64,000 nucleotides of DNA, taken from positions 31,519 to 95,518 of the forward strand of contig MCFE01000321.1 of NCBI GenBank assembly GCA_002104905.1. The letters are read 5' to 3'. The notes beneath the pieces were generated by a model, which was not told where the DNA came from, made no database searches, and saw only the letters and a list, made by a program, of their open reading frames with translations. Made by a program: the position numbers and the translations under genes. Origin of the DNA: Basidiobolus meristosporus CBS 931.73 (Eukaryota > Fungi > Basidiobolomycota). Positions 52,806-63,268 of this stretch are shown in pieces (position 1 is the stretch's first letter; each line of letters begins with the position of its first letter).

Positions 52806-53725
52806 TGGTCTAATGTTGATAAAATGTGAGAGTGAGATAGTTGGTTGGAGTGAAAGGCAATCAAAGCCCGACATACCAGCGCTGGTCTAAATGACAGGAG
52901 TGGTTAGGTCGAGAGTGAGCTTGAAGGGGGCGCGCAGACTAAAGATAAAAGACCTAAAAATGTACTGTGTAAACGTGGGATAACTCAAACTCAGCTTCTA
53001 TGCGTTCGTTGGAACGGTCACCACGGATTTATATTCAACTTGAAGATTGCCCGGGTAAAACATCTGGTTGTTGACATTATTTTACAGTGCTGTACAACGC
53101 AGTGAGGAGCTTGTCTTCGGGCTGGGTTGCTACCACGATACGTTCAATTCTCTGCACTTGCAAACATCGGGAAAAACAACGGGCGAATATTTTCCGCTAA
53201 TACTTTCCACTCTCTGATACATGTGAAACAGGCGATTCCATGAAGGACGATGTAACATCCCTGGAGCAACACATCTCGATGGCCATGGAGACACAACGAA
53301 TCGAAACAATCAAACCACGCTGCTCATGACGTCAAGCAAGTCAAGGCAATAATAATGAGATGAAGGCTAACACCTAGCAAAAACCTCAGGTTTGGGCGTA
53401 GAGGCTTGGGGTGGTGGGGAGCCGTCATTTGCAGGTCGATTTGTTCTAAAAATGGAACAAATACAGATGGATTCTATATATAGGTCAATATGAATAACTC
53501 ATGTTTGTGCACTTCAGAGCTGAATGGCAAGATCTAAGGGTACTGAACCTACCAATTAATACTAATTACTGCCTCTGGGTTAGGTGTAGTTGCCCATCCA
53601 CTGATTTTACCCAAAGACTTTTGCATATAACTGCCGAGACGGGTCCTTACTGCATTCTGTTTCTTTGACTTGCTTTTATCCCGCCGTAGCCACCAACTTC
53701 TTCACCCTCTTCTTCCCCTTGAACC

Positions 53726-54428
53726 ATGGCCATGTTGAACGTTCGAGTCCCCGCGATTAACTCCTGTTGCTTCTGCATCAACTTGAGAACTGCCACTCTA
53801 CTTTTGGCCGCTCTTGGTATGGTAAGTCTAGTTCCTTGTTGAGTTTGCCCAGCCCCCTGTTCTGACTGGCCATTGTCAAACAAAAGTTCAGCCATTTGTA
53901 TAGCGCACTTGTGATTAGACAAATGCCTACTACACAAGGTTCCTTCTTTTACACTCTTTGGATCGTCTACTCCTACCTCTCAATTGTGCTCTGTGGTGCT
54001 GGCGCCTTTGGCGTGTACAAGAACAAAAGCAAGCTTGTGAAGATGTTCGCCTTGTACTACTGGGTAGACCTTGCCTTTGGTTTCTTCCTCAGTATACTTT
54101 TCTCAGTAAAGGCTTTCCACTTGGAGGACTCTGTTTGCCAAGAGCTCGGTAACGATGCCAATGGAAGAATCAATTTGGAAACTTGCCATCAATTCTACAA
54201 CAATGCCGCTCTTGCCGTATTGGTCGCTCTTGGTCTTTCCTTAGTGATTAGAGTAAGCTCCTTTTTATCAAAGCTATTTCAGCTTGTCGAGACTAACCAA
54301 TTTTTGATATATAGCTCCACTACTCTCTCGCAGTGTGGTCGTTCTACAGACAGTCTACCACAACTCGTTATGCCCACGTCGAAGGTTCCCAAGATACGGA
54401 CAAATTGTACGAGATGGATTTCGAGTAA
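53726..54428 (+). CDS. Four-TM membrane protein, LAPTM/tetraspanin-like (two introns)
   Basis: N-terminal SCCFCINLRTA, four hydrophobic helices, Cys pair in the luminal loop. Confidence 0.65.
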
Positions 54429-55225
54429 ATCCCACCGTCAATACCTCTGACAACACCTCTGCCCTACTACTACATCAGCCTTAATTAACTGTCAGACCTT
54501 TGAAGTAAATTTCTTTTACCCTTCAACTCATCATTTCACTAGACCCAATCCAAGTCACTTTCCCCATGCTGATACGTCTATGAGGCAGGTAGCAGATGGG
54601 TAAATGGAATACCAATCTTGACCTCACGCCCTATTGCCTAAATCTGAGAAAACCATAAAAATAAAAGTAATACTAAACAAGAGCGCGAAGTTAGCAAATA
54701 ATCATACAGAACTCCTAAAATTAGCTTAATGTACAGGCTAAGTAAACAATGGCCAAATGAACAATCATAACTCGCCGTATATTAATCCACATTTGTACAT
54801 GGGATGATTCCAAGGGGAGTCGAATGACACAGCAAATATGTGTTTAGAGAAGGTACCAGGTTCGCAATATTGACACGTGTGCGGTCAAATGTTGGCTCGA
54901 TTAATCGATCACCTCCATCGGATCCTATGTCTCATATCCGCTTGATGCTTGTTCCTCCGTAATGAAACATCAACATCTTCATTCATTCCCCGAATTAGGA
55001 AATTGGTCATCCCAAGGATACGCCATCCCAACAGTTGTGCAACCAGCCTTGGCTACAAGTCATTTAATGACCAAATTTCTAATATTGGTTTGGGACATCT
55101 CTCAATCAATCTAGATGAGTTTTATTTCTTCGAAACCAGAGCGAGGTTCAGGTGCAATGATTCCATAACCATGCGAATTAGATTGTAGATAATTACAATT
55201 TCAAAATATATTAGAATACCTAGGG

Positions 55226-56686
55226 TTAGTTGTGTGCCTCAGTGGCAGGGAAATCGGCGTCTGGCGACTTGGTGCCGGTGATTTCCTCGATACTGCGACC
55301 CTTGGTTTCAGGCAAGAGGAAAAGAACTCCGATAAATCCGACGATACACGCAACCACGAAGATCAAAAATACGTAGCCCTCCATGGCGTTCTTCAATGAT
55401 GGAAAGAAGAAACCAACAACAAAGTTACCAAACCAATTGAGCCCAAGCGCCGAGGAGGCCACGGTCGAGACTGCTCTCGTAGGAATAAGTTCGGAGATGA
55501 TCAAAAATGGAATAGGTCCCATTCCGAGAGCGAAGGCGACAACAAAGGCAAACAGTCCAAGGATGACGAGCCCGGAGTCGTTACATTGGATACCAATGAT
55601 CATGAGTACGTTGAAAGAGGCCATACCAGCCAGACTCAAAAGTACTAGGAACTTTCTTCCGACGCGGTCGATAAGAAGGATGGTAACCACCGTGGCAAGT
55701 AGATTGATCGCTCCCACGCCAACGGTTAGGTACTGTGCAGTCTTGTTACCGTAAATGGAGGTGAAGATTGATGTGGAATAGTACATGATACCGTTGATAC
55801 CACAAAGTTGCTGGATTACACAAAGGAACATGCACATGAAAGCATGCTTACGGGTCAACGGGTCACTCATGATGAATCGGAACCCGTCCATCACAGAGGT
55901 ATTGTCTCCGGTGGATTTAGCATGAGCACGAGCATCGATCATGGTTTGGAGCTCACCACTAATGTCCATACCCTTGCGCAGTTTCAGGAGTGACTTCTCC
56001 GCATCCTCCACACGATCCTTCGATATGTAGTAACGAGGGGTTTCCGTGATAAACGACAAGGTAACCAGCTGGAAAACGGCGATGGCGCCAGTAAGTGCTA
56101 AGCAGACACGCCATCCAGCACGGGTAGATAGCCCAAGACCAGCCGCCTGAGTGACTAACTGACCAATGACACACGTAAGCTGAGTCATGGCACCGTAGGC
56201 ACCACGCACCCTGGTGGTTGAAACCTCACCGATGTAGGTTGGGAGAACTACAGTTCCGAAGCCAGAGCCAATACCGGTGAATGCACGGCCAACGATCCAC
56301 ATACCCTTGTTTTTAGAAAGACCGATGAGCAAAGCACCAACAATGAAGAAAACATTGTTGAAAAGGAGAGAGTTACGGCGTCCAAACTTTGCCTGGGCCC
56401 AACCGGCAGAAAGGCCGCCAATGGCACCACCAATGGAGAAACTACTCACGGCGAAGCCCCACATCCAGTCGCCCATAGGGAAACAGTATGGGAACCCATT
56501 CACCTTCTCATCGGGGTGGTCACAGTTCACAATGGATGCTTGAATAATATTGGTATCGGAGGTATTCCAGCCATTGTTGAAGGATACAATACAAGCAATG
56601 GAAACACACAGCAGTGTGTAGAGCGAGAAGCCAGCCTCAGACGAATCCATCGGACCCTTCTGTTCTTTTGAAGAACGGTTGAGCAT
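55226..56686 (-). CDS. MFS sugar porter (GLUT-like), single exon; last recognisable host gene before the telomeric array
   Basis: FGRR, GRAFTGIGSG, YIGEVS...RG, PRY-like ETPRY, QQLCGINGIMYYS, IDRVGRK, PETKGRSIEEI. Confidence 0.95.
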   Translation of the reverse strand: MLNRSSKEQKGPMDSSEAGFSLYTLLCVSIACIVSFNNGWNTSDTNIIQASIVNCDHPDEKVNGFPYCFPMGDWMWGFAVSSFSIGGAIGGLSAGWAQAKFGRRNSLLFNNVFFIVGALLIGLSKNKGMWIVGRAFTGIGSGFGTVVLPTYIGEVSTTRVRGAYGAMTQLTCVIGQLVTQAAGLGLSTRAGWRVCLALTGAIAVFQLVTLSFITETPRYYISKDRVEDAEKSLLKLRKGMDISGELQTMIDARAHAKSTGDNTSVMDGFRFIMSDPLTRKHAFMCMFLCVIQQLCGINGIMYYSTSIFTSIYGNKTAQYLTVGVGAINLLATVVTILLIDRVGRKFLVLLSLAGMASFNVLMIIGIQCNDSGLVILGLFAFVVAFALGMGPIPFLIISELIPTRAVSTVASSALGLNWFGNFVVGFFFPSLKNAMEGYVFLIFVVACIVGFIGVLFLLPETKGRSIEEITGTKSPDADFPATEAHN

Positions 56687-58776
56687 GTTGTGTGATAGGA
56701 TCGATGGATGTAGATAAAGCTCAATAAAGTGGATGTGTAATGGGAATTAGACCACAAACGACATTGGAAAACGGTATTTATATCGTGCCAGGGAATTTGG
56801 ACCATTCCAACGGTGTCCGTTTTCGCTGGCTATTTCCATAAGTAGATTTCACTGGATAAGTAAGAAATCAATACTTGTGTCTGGACTATACCCATGATTG
56901 TCAAGTTTAGTCCATTACTTCTCCCGCCAAACTCAACTAATTCTCCGCGCCCTTGGCAAGAACAGGTCGTATATAAATATGTATATATCAAGTGTATGGT
57001 ATGTCTATTACACTTGGAGGTAAAGAACAACCTGTGTTGAGTGTTACCATCGCAGCAAGTTGGCAAGTTGGAAAGAACTGACCTCAACAATGCTCGTGGA
57101 GGCCGCAATTTCGTTAGGGCCGTACAATACCGAATTTCCTTTCCAATTGAACATATCCGTTCGATGCACCGTAATATAAATATACCTAATCAAGCCTGAG
57201 GTCTTTCTGGTTAACTTTAAAAAATGCCGCCAGTAAAGTGCACGGAAAACATCAACTCCCAATTGCTAAGATCCAGCTGATTATTGGTTCCCCGAACGTC
57301 ATAATCCTAATTCAGAGGATTCTGTGTTGTTTATGGAGACACGGGGTAGGTAAATGCATGGGCATCTATGTGTGATAGGACAGTTCTAGAAGCGTGCTCG
57401 TGGGCATTGCTTAATTGAGCTTCTTGCCTAGTTGAATCCTCAGCCAAGCCCTAGAAATGCTTGGACTTACCCGGGCACCACACTTGAATGATAATTGTGG
57501 AGGGGTGGTTAAGCGTGGCATTATACAGAGTTCGGGTCAGGTTTGGTAGCGTTTATTATTCTTTATTGTTAGGCATCACGAGCTATCAAACCATATACAC
57601 ATGAGCCTTTGGTATGGTACAGCTTGTGGTTCAATGCACATAAGTCATTGCGGTGAGTTTGTGCTTACTGACTCCCAGCAAGTCGGTTATACACATTGCG
57701 CTTCCGGTTGGACAGTTATTGCGAATTATCGGAGCCATCAGTTTAAGGTAATCCCAATGATATCATCTTGAAAATCGGGAAATTGATCCAATTGAAGAGA
57801 ATTTCCTTCGATCAGCAACCTATATACGGAAACACGATCGGTGTATTAGCTTTGGATTTATTCAGTGCTGTAATAATAATTCCTATTTGTTGTACAATCT
57901 GCATCACATACTCTTGACTTCGAAGTTGAGAGCTATTGGAATACTGTCGATAGTGCTTGTGGGTTTTTAACGATGTCATACGGTGTGGTTGATGTGAATA
58001 TCACCGGGAACTGCCTCTTTTTCGCTAGCTAGTGTGTTACTCCGCCCTGACACACATTCTAGTAATGTAGAAAATGAATCCTGTTCTCGGCAGCGTTACT
58101 TTTATATACTTCATACGACTCTAACATTCTGCTGGTATGTCATGCAGGCGCAACTTCGATAAAGCATCTGAAGTATCAGGATGTTGAGGACTATTGGATG
58201 CTCCTGGTCTGATGCTGGAGCATGAATGGAAATTTGCCTGGTTTAGAAGGTGTGGGTAATCTTTGTACACTGTAGATTTACACAAGGCTACAGTAGTAAT
58301 CCAAACTGGATATGAAATCATGGTGCTACCCTCGAAGGATACCGATAGATCAGTTGATAAGCGATGAGACTCTGGTACTGAAGTCTTTGGACGATCCTTT
58401 GCTAAGTATAATTCTATTCTCTACTAGAAAGAAGGAGTGAATAGCTTGCTTTTGAATACAAAGAAAGATCTACCCGCTGCTCGTCTACCGGCTGATATTC
58501 TCTTTATCTTGATGGCTGTTAACAAAGTCTGCTTGAATGCTGGAGCAAGAGGACATGTAGATCGTATAGGATACAATCTACGCTTAGCCCTCCTATTAAT
58601 GTTACATTAGGTGAATCGACCCAGAAAGGATGTGATAAGCAAATTGTGTTTCAACCGTATTTTACGTAACATACATGAACTTATGTATATCGCTCATACC
58701 AGCTAAATGCCCTAATTAGTATATATATATCTATTCTGGTGAATTATGGTTCTTGTGCTGGTTAAACATCATGTAA

Positions 58777-59311
58777 GGGTTAGGGGGTGTGTGACAATTC
58801 CTAACAGGTGAAACCTTTGTTTCAATAACCCAAAATGAAGAAGTCAAGGATTACATGGGGAGCTTTTTTACAAGTGAATGAAGAGAAGGGTCATTTTGGG
58901 AATGCCTATAAGAAAGAGTACTAAGTTCAAGAGGAGTAAAAACAGATCCTAAGAAAAAATCCAAGAAAAGGCCAGCAGAACACCATCATTATATCAGCTG
59001 AATTCCAAGTTTCTCAAACTGGCAACTCTCAGTAACTCATTTACTGGCTGTTGGGTGGATAAGCAGACATATTTTCCAGGAGAAGACTAGGCCAACTAGC
59101 ATTCATAACAAAATTCTTAATAAGCTGCTTGTTCCTTCCACTAAAACTTGCAACTGAAAATTTGAAGGAAAGCCACCAGCTGAATGCCTGCAAAATACAA
59201 CTAGAATTCCAGCTGAACACTAGGTGATAATCAGATGAGTACCAAGTTTGAGATTTTATGTAGGGAGAGTCTAGTGGTACTGGAGGGATAACTAAAGCAT
59301 GCAGTGGCTCA
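58777..59311 (-). pseudogene. M1: diverged, decayed RT-C-terminus module (second subfamily)
   Basis: 58851-58952 encodes LGSVFTPLELSTLSYRHSQNDPSLHSLVKKLPM*, 15/33 identical without gaps to the C-terminus of M8, with the stop at the same position. Confidence 0.75.
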
Positions 59312-59870
59312 TAGGGTTAGGGGGAAGACAGTCACCAACAAGTGAAATCTTTATTTCAATTGAGACAAAAAAGCCAATGCTACTGTTGTAGCTTTTGTAC
59401 AAAAGTGTGTAGCTTCAGGAATTTGTAGGTAAGCTAATAGGGAGAGATGATAGTTCTTCAGTGCTCAAAACACTGTTCAGTGGAAAGGGGGGTAGCAAGA
59501 GGGGTAGGAATGCTTTGTGAGCAACATTGACAAGGGGAATATGATAAAGATTGATATTCATCATAAAGGGAGTGTGCGGCTTCAGATATTGCTGTCAAAG
59601 GTCTGCCAAGTACTTCAGGTAGGCCAGCTTGGGTTTTTCTGACTGCAGAATATAATGAGCAAACTTCTTGACTTTGGGATCTCAGAGTATAGTTCTCCAG
59701 CAGGAGCCAGGCATAGTGTGGTGTATTCTCTTCCAGGCCTTGATTAGTGGGTTGTTGCAGTGGAGAAGTCTGAGATATAACCTGGTTCTAAGGTAGAGAA
59801 GTCCAATCTTATAGGGCATAAACCCAAAAGCACCAAGAATTGCATGTCTGTAGGGGCTTTCAGGCAGATT
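59312..59870 (-). pseudogene. M2: 5'-truncated RT-C-terminus module with a nonsense mutation
   Basis: Aligns to M8 over its full length. TGG>TGA at ~59596. Confidence 0.88.
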
Positions 59871-60420
59871 TAGGGCTAGGGTTAGGGGAGGGAAAGTAGG
59901 GGGAGGAAAGTCACCAAGTGGTGAAATCTTTATTTCCTTATAACAAGTATCTAAAGAAGCCAAGTTAATCTGAAGTTATTCCTAGAACACTAGGTCTGAG
60001 AGATATCTTCCTGGTAAGCCAGGTCTGAGAGTTGAGAAACTGAGTGGTACTATATTTCCTAGTTAGCTAGGTCCAAGAGAGATTTCCTGGAAAGCCAGGC
60101 CTGAGAAGTAAGAATCTGAGTATATCTGAGCTAAGTTATACTGGTTTGCAATAGCTGAATTGTGGCTGGAATGGTCAGTAGACTGGGGGAACTCAGAGGA
60201 ATTTCTGAGTGATTACTGGCCATATTTACTAGGCAAATCTGGCCAATTAGCATTTCAAGGACTTCAGCCAATCAGAGCCTTTACTTTGCTTGATGGTTGA
60301 TCAAGCCATCTCCCAATAAGCACACTTCAATTAATTAATCAAGCTTTGCTAGATCTAGGATTTCAACCCACAACCATGGGTATGGAAGGGTTAGGAATAA
60401 CCACAAGTCTAAGTGTTCTT
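59871..60420 (-). ncRNA. M3: ~0.53-kb non-coding hairpin module (candidate non-autonomous RNA)
   Basis: Aligns to M6 with the same distal endpoint. Four CCT(A/G)G-N4-C(T/C)AGG stems. The short ORF of M6 is interrupted here. Confidence 0.55.
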
Positions 60421-60596
60421 GGTTAGGGGGTTAGGGGGAGCAAAGTAACCAAGTGGAGAAATCTTTATTTAATTATGACAAGTATCTAAAGAAGCCAAGT
60501 TAATCTGAAGTAATTCCTAGAAAGCTAGGTCTGAGAGATATCTTCCTGGTAAGCCAGGTCTGAGAGTTGAGAAGCTGAGTGGTACTATATTTCCTA
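60421..60596 (-). mobile_element. M4: truncated non-coding hairpin module
   Basis: 3' ~175 nt of the M3/M6 type, broken at AGTTAG within the third stem. Confidence 0.85.
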
Positions 60597-60913
60597 GTTA
60601 GGGGGGGAGACAGTCACCAACAGGTGAAATCTTTATTTCAGTTGAAACAAAGAAGCCAGCACTACTGTTGTAGCTTTGATATAAGAGTGTGTAGCTGAGG
60701 GGAATTTGTAGGTAAGTTAATAAGAAGTAATGATAGTTCTTCAGTGCTCAAGACACTGTTCAGTGGGAAGGGGGGTAGCAAGAGAGGTAAGAATGACTTG
60801 TGAACAACATTAATGAGGGGAATGTGATAAGGATTGATATTCATCATAAAGGGAGTGTGCTGCTGCAGATATTGCTGCCAAAGGTCTGTCAAGTACTTCA
60901 GGCAGGCCAGCTT
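60597..60913 (-). mobile_element. M5: truncated RT-C-terminus module
   Basis: ORF 60662-60892 is nearly identical to the M8 C-terminus. Broken at GGGTTT. Confidence 0.88.
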
Positions 60914-61445
60914 GGGTTTTAGGGGGGGAGGAAAGTCACCAAGTGGTGAAATCTTTATTTACTTATGACAAGTATCTAAAGAAGCCATGTTAATCTGAAG
61001 TAATTCCTAGAAAGCTAGGTCTGAGAGATATCTTCCTGGTAAGCCAGGTCTGAGAGTTGAGAAGCTGAGTGGTACTGTATTTCCTAGTTAGCTAGGTCTG
61101 AGAGAGGTTTCCTGGAAAGCCAGGCCTGAGAAGTGAGAATCTGAGTATATCTGAGGTTAGTTGTACTGATTTGCGGTAGCTGAATTGTGGCCGGAATGGC
61201 CAGTAGACTGGGGGAACTGAGAGGAATATCTGGGCGATCACTGGCCAAATTTACGAGGCAAATCTGACCAATTAGCATTTCAAGGATTTCAGCCAATCAG
61301 AGCCTTTACTTTGCCCGATGGTTGATCAAGCCATCTCCCAATGAGCACACATCAATTTATTAATCAAATTTTGTTGGATCTAGGATTTGAACACACAACC
61401 ATGGGTATGGAAGGGTTAGGGATAACCACAAGGCTAAGTGTTCTT
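60914..61445 (-). ncRNA. M6: ~0.53-kb non-coding hairpin module, CpG-retaining copy
   Basis: Stems at 61006, 61035, 61083 and 61111. CCAAT boxes at ~61269 and ~61293. Internal GGGTTAGG at ~61413. Confidence 0.55.
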
Positions 61446-61578
61446 GGTTTAGGGGGAGGGAAAGTCACCAAGGTAGGTGAAATCTTTATTTGATTGCAGA
61501 CAAGTCTAACTACAAATAAAGAAGCCAGCTGGGAATAGAAGATTCCCAAAGTAAACACGAAGTTGAATATGAATAAAT

Positions 61579-62307
61579 CTAAGCTAAAGTTAAGGCAGTA
61601 TCCCAGAGTACACTGGAGTTCAGGTTCATGGGGGAGTGAAGTAGATAAGCCTGAGAGATATAATAATCCTTTAAGAAGTGGGTAACAGCAGGTGAAGGGG
61701 AGTTTTTGATAAGTGAAGTGAATCTTGAGATTAGAGATTCCTCTAATGAGAAGGTCTTGTAAACTGGAGAATCAGGAAACTCTTTAAAGGCATGGTCAGT
61801 AGGTTCCCAGTAAAACTGGTCAGAGACATTTTGAGAGAACTCTTTAGCAATACTTTTGTCAAGTACTACCTCCAGAGTGTGATGGTTGATAAATCTCATG
61901 TTAACAATCTTGGATAAGTTGTAACCTTGTTGCTTGAGATACATCCTATGCTCAGATATAGGAATAAACTCCACATTGGCAAAGTAGCAGACAGCCCAGT
62001 CAGTAGCAGGAGGCAAATCAGAAGTAGCAGGAAACTTTCTTTTAGTCTTGGGAGGGGCAGCAGGATGTCTTGAGGAAGTAGGAACAGGCTTTTTGACAGC
62101 TTCAGAGTAGGAAGAGTGAGCAGGAGCAGATGATTCTTGGGGAATCTTGTTGACAGGAAGAGTTGGCACAGGGACAATAGATTCTTGCAGATCAGAAAAG
62201 GCAGAAAACAGCTTTTGAACTTGCTTCTTGAGTAAAGCATTTTCAGCTTCAACAAGTGCAAGCCTTTCCTCAAGGAAGGAAATCTGAAGGGAATGGAGTG
62301 AAGGCAT
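61579..62307 (-). CDS. M7 ORF: intact 242-aa LINE-like ORF1 (N-terminal coiled coil), with its own 3' cis-element
   Basis: MPSLHSLQISFLEERLALVEAENALLKKQV coiled coil, SYSEAVKK, KIVNMRFINHHTLEVVL. Assignment to ORF1 is inferred from the architecture. Confidence 0.7.
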   Translation of the reverse strand: MPSLHSLQISFLEERLALVEAENALLKKQVQKLFSAFSDLQESIVPVPTLPVNKIPQESSAPAHSSYSEAVKKPVPTSSRHPAAPPKTKRKFPATSDLPPATDWAVCYFANVEFIPISEHRMYLKQQGYNLSKIVNMRFINHHTLEVVLDKSIAKEFSQNVSDQFYWEPTDHAFKEFPDSPVYKTFSLEESLISRFTSLIKNSPSPAVTHFLKDYYISQAYLLHSPMNLNSSVLWDTALTLA

Positions 62308-62347
62308 AAGAAACAAGAAGAAGAGGGTAGGATGGGGTGGGTGGGTG

Positions 62348-63200
62348 GGAAAATTAGCAGGGAGAAGAGAAGGAAGGAGCAAAAATTCCGAAAGTCAGAA
62401 TTTATAGATGGATGGATTATTCCTGGGTTAGGAAAATTAGCAGGGAGAAGAGAAGGAAGGAGCAAAAATTCCGAAAGTCAGAATTTATAGATGGATGGAT
62501 TATTCCTGGGTTAGGAAAATTAGCAGGGAGAAGAGAAGGAAGGAGCAAAAATTCCGAAAGTCAGAATTTATAGATGGATGGATTATTCCTGGGTTAGGAA
62601 AATTAGCAGGGAGAAGAGAAGGAAGGAGCAAAAATTCCGAAAGTCAGAATTTATAGATGGATGGATTATTCCTGGGTTAGGAAAATTAGCAGGGAGAAGA
62701 GAAGGAAGGAGCAAAAATTCCGAAAGTCAGAATTTATAGATGGATGGATTATTCCTGGGTTAGGAAAATTAGCAGGGAGAAGAGAAGGAAGGAGCAAAAA
62801 TTCCGAAAGTCAGAATTTATAGATGGATGGATTATTCCTGGGTTAGGAAAATTAGCAGGGAGAAGAGAAAGAAGGAGCAAAAATTCCGAAAGTCAGAATT
62901 TATAGATGGATGGATTATTCCTGGGTTAGGAAAATTAGCAGGGAGAAGAGAAGGAAGGAGCAAAAATTCCGAAAGTCAGAATTTATAGATGGATGGATTA
63001 TTCCTGGGTTAGGAAAATTAGCAGGGAGAAGAGAAGGAAGGAGCAAAAATTCCGAAAGTCAGAATTTATAGATGGATGGATTATTCCTGGGTTAGGAAAA
63101 TTAGCAGGGAGAAGAGAAAGAAGGAGCAAAAATTCCGAAAGTCAGAATTTATAGATGGATGGATTATTCCTGGGTTAGGAAAATTAGCAGGGAGAAGAGA
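62348..63200. repeat. 83-bp tandem repeat x10.3, each unit containing GGGTTAGG
   Basis: Units start at 62348, 62431, 62514 ... 63178. One G>A variant is shared by units 7 and 10. Confidence 0.97.
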
Positions 63201-63268
63201 AGGGTTAGGGGGGGAGACAGTCACCAACAGGTGAAATCTTTATTTCAGTTGAAACAAAGAAGCCAGCG

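Noticed and set aside
54800-54850. U6 snRNA-like word ATGACACAGCAAAT
   Set aside because: No ACAGAGA box or remaining U6 structure.
59682-59963. 93-aa ORF as a real fusion gene (likewise 61364-61558)
   Set aside because: It reads through a module junction and the non-coding cis-element with a non-ATG start. Chance frame continuity.
61000-61135. Hammerhead ribozyme in the hairpin module, as in Penelope-like pLTRs
   Set aside because: CTGAGAGA follows the stems on the + strand but does not fit CUGANGA, and GAAA/NUH are not correctly placed on either strand. An Infernal search would settle it.
61084-61296. 70-aa ORF in the non-coding module
   Set aside because: TTG start, and the paralogous frame in M3 stops after ~47 codons.
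61896-62465. 189-aa Leu-rich ORF overlapping ORF1
   Set aside because: Alternate frame produced by pyrimidine-rich sense-strand composition, and it starts inside the tandem repeat.
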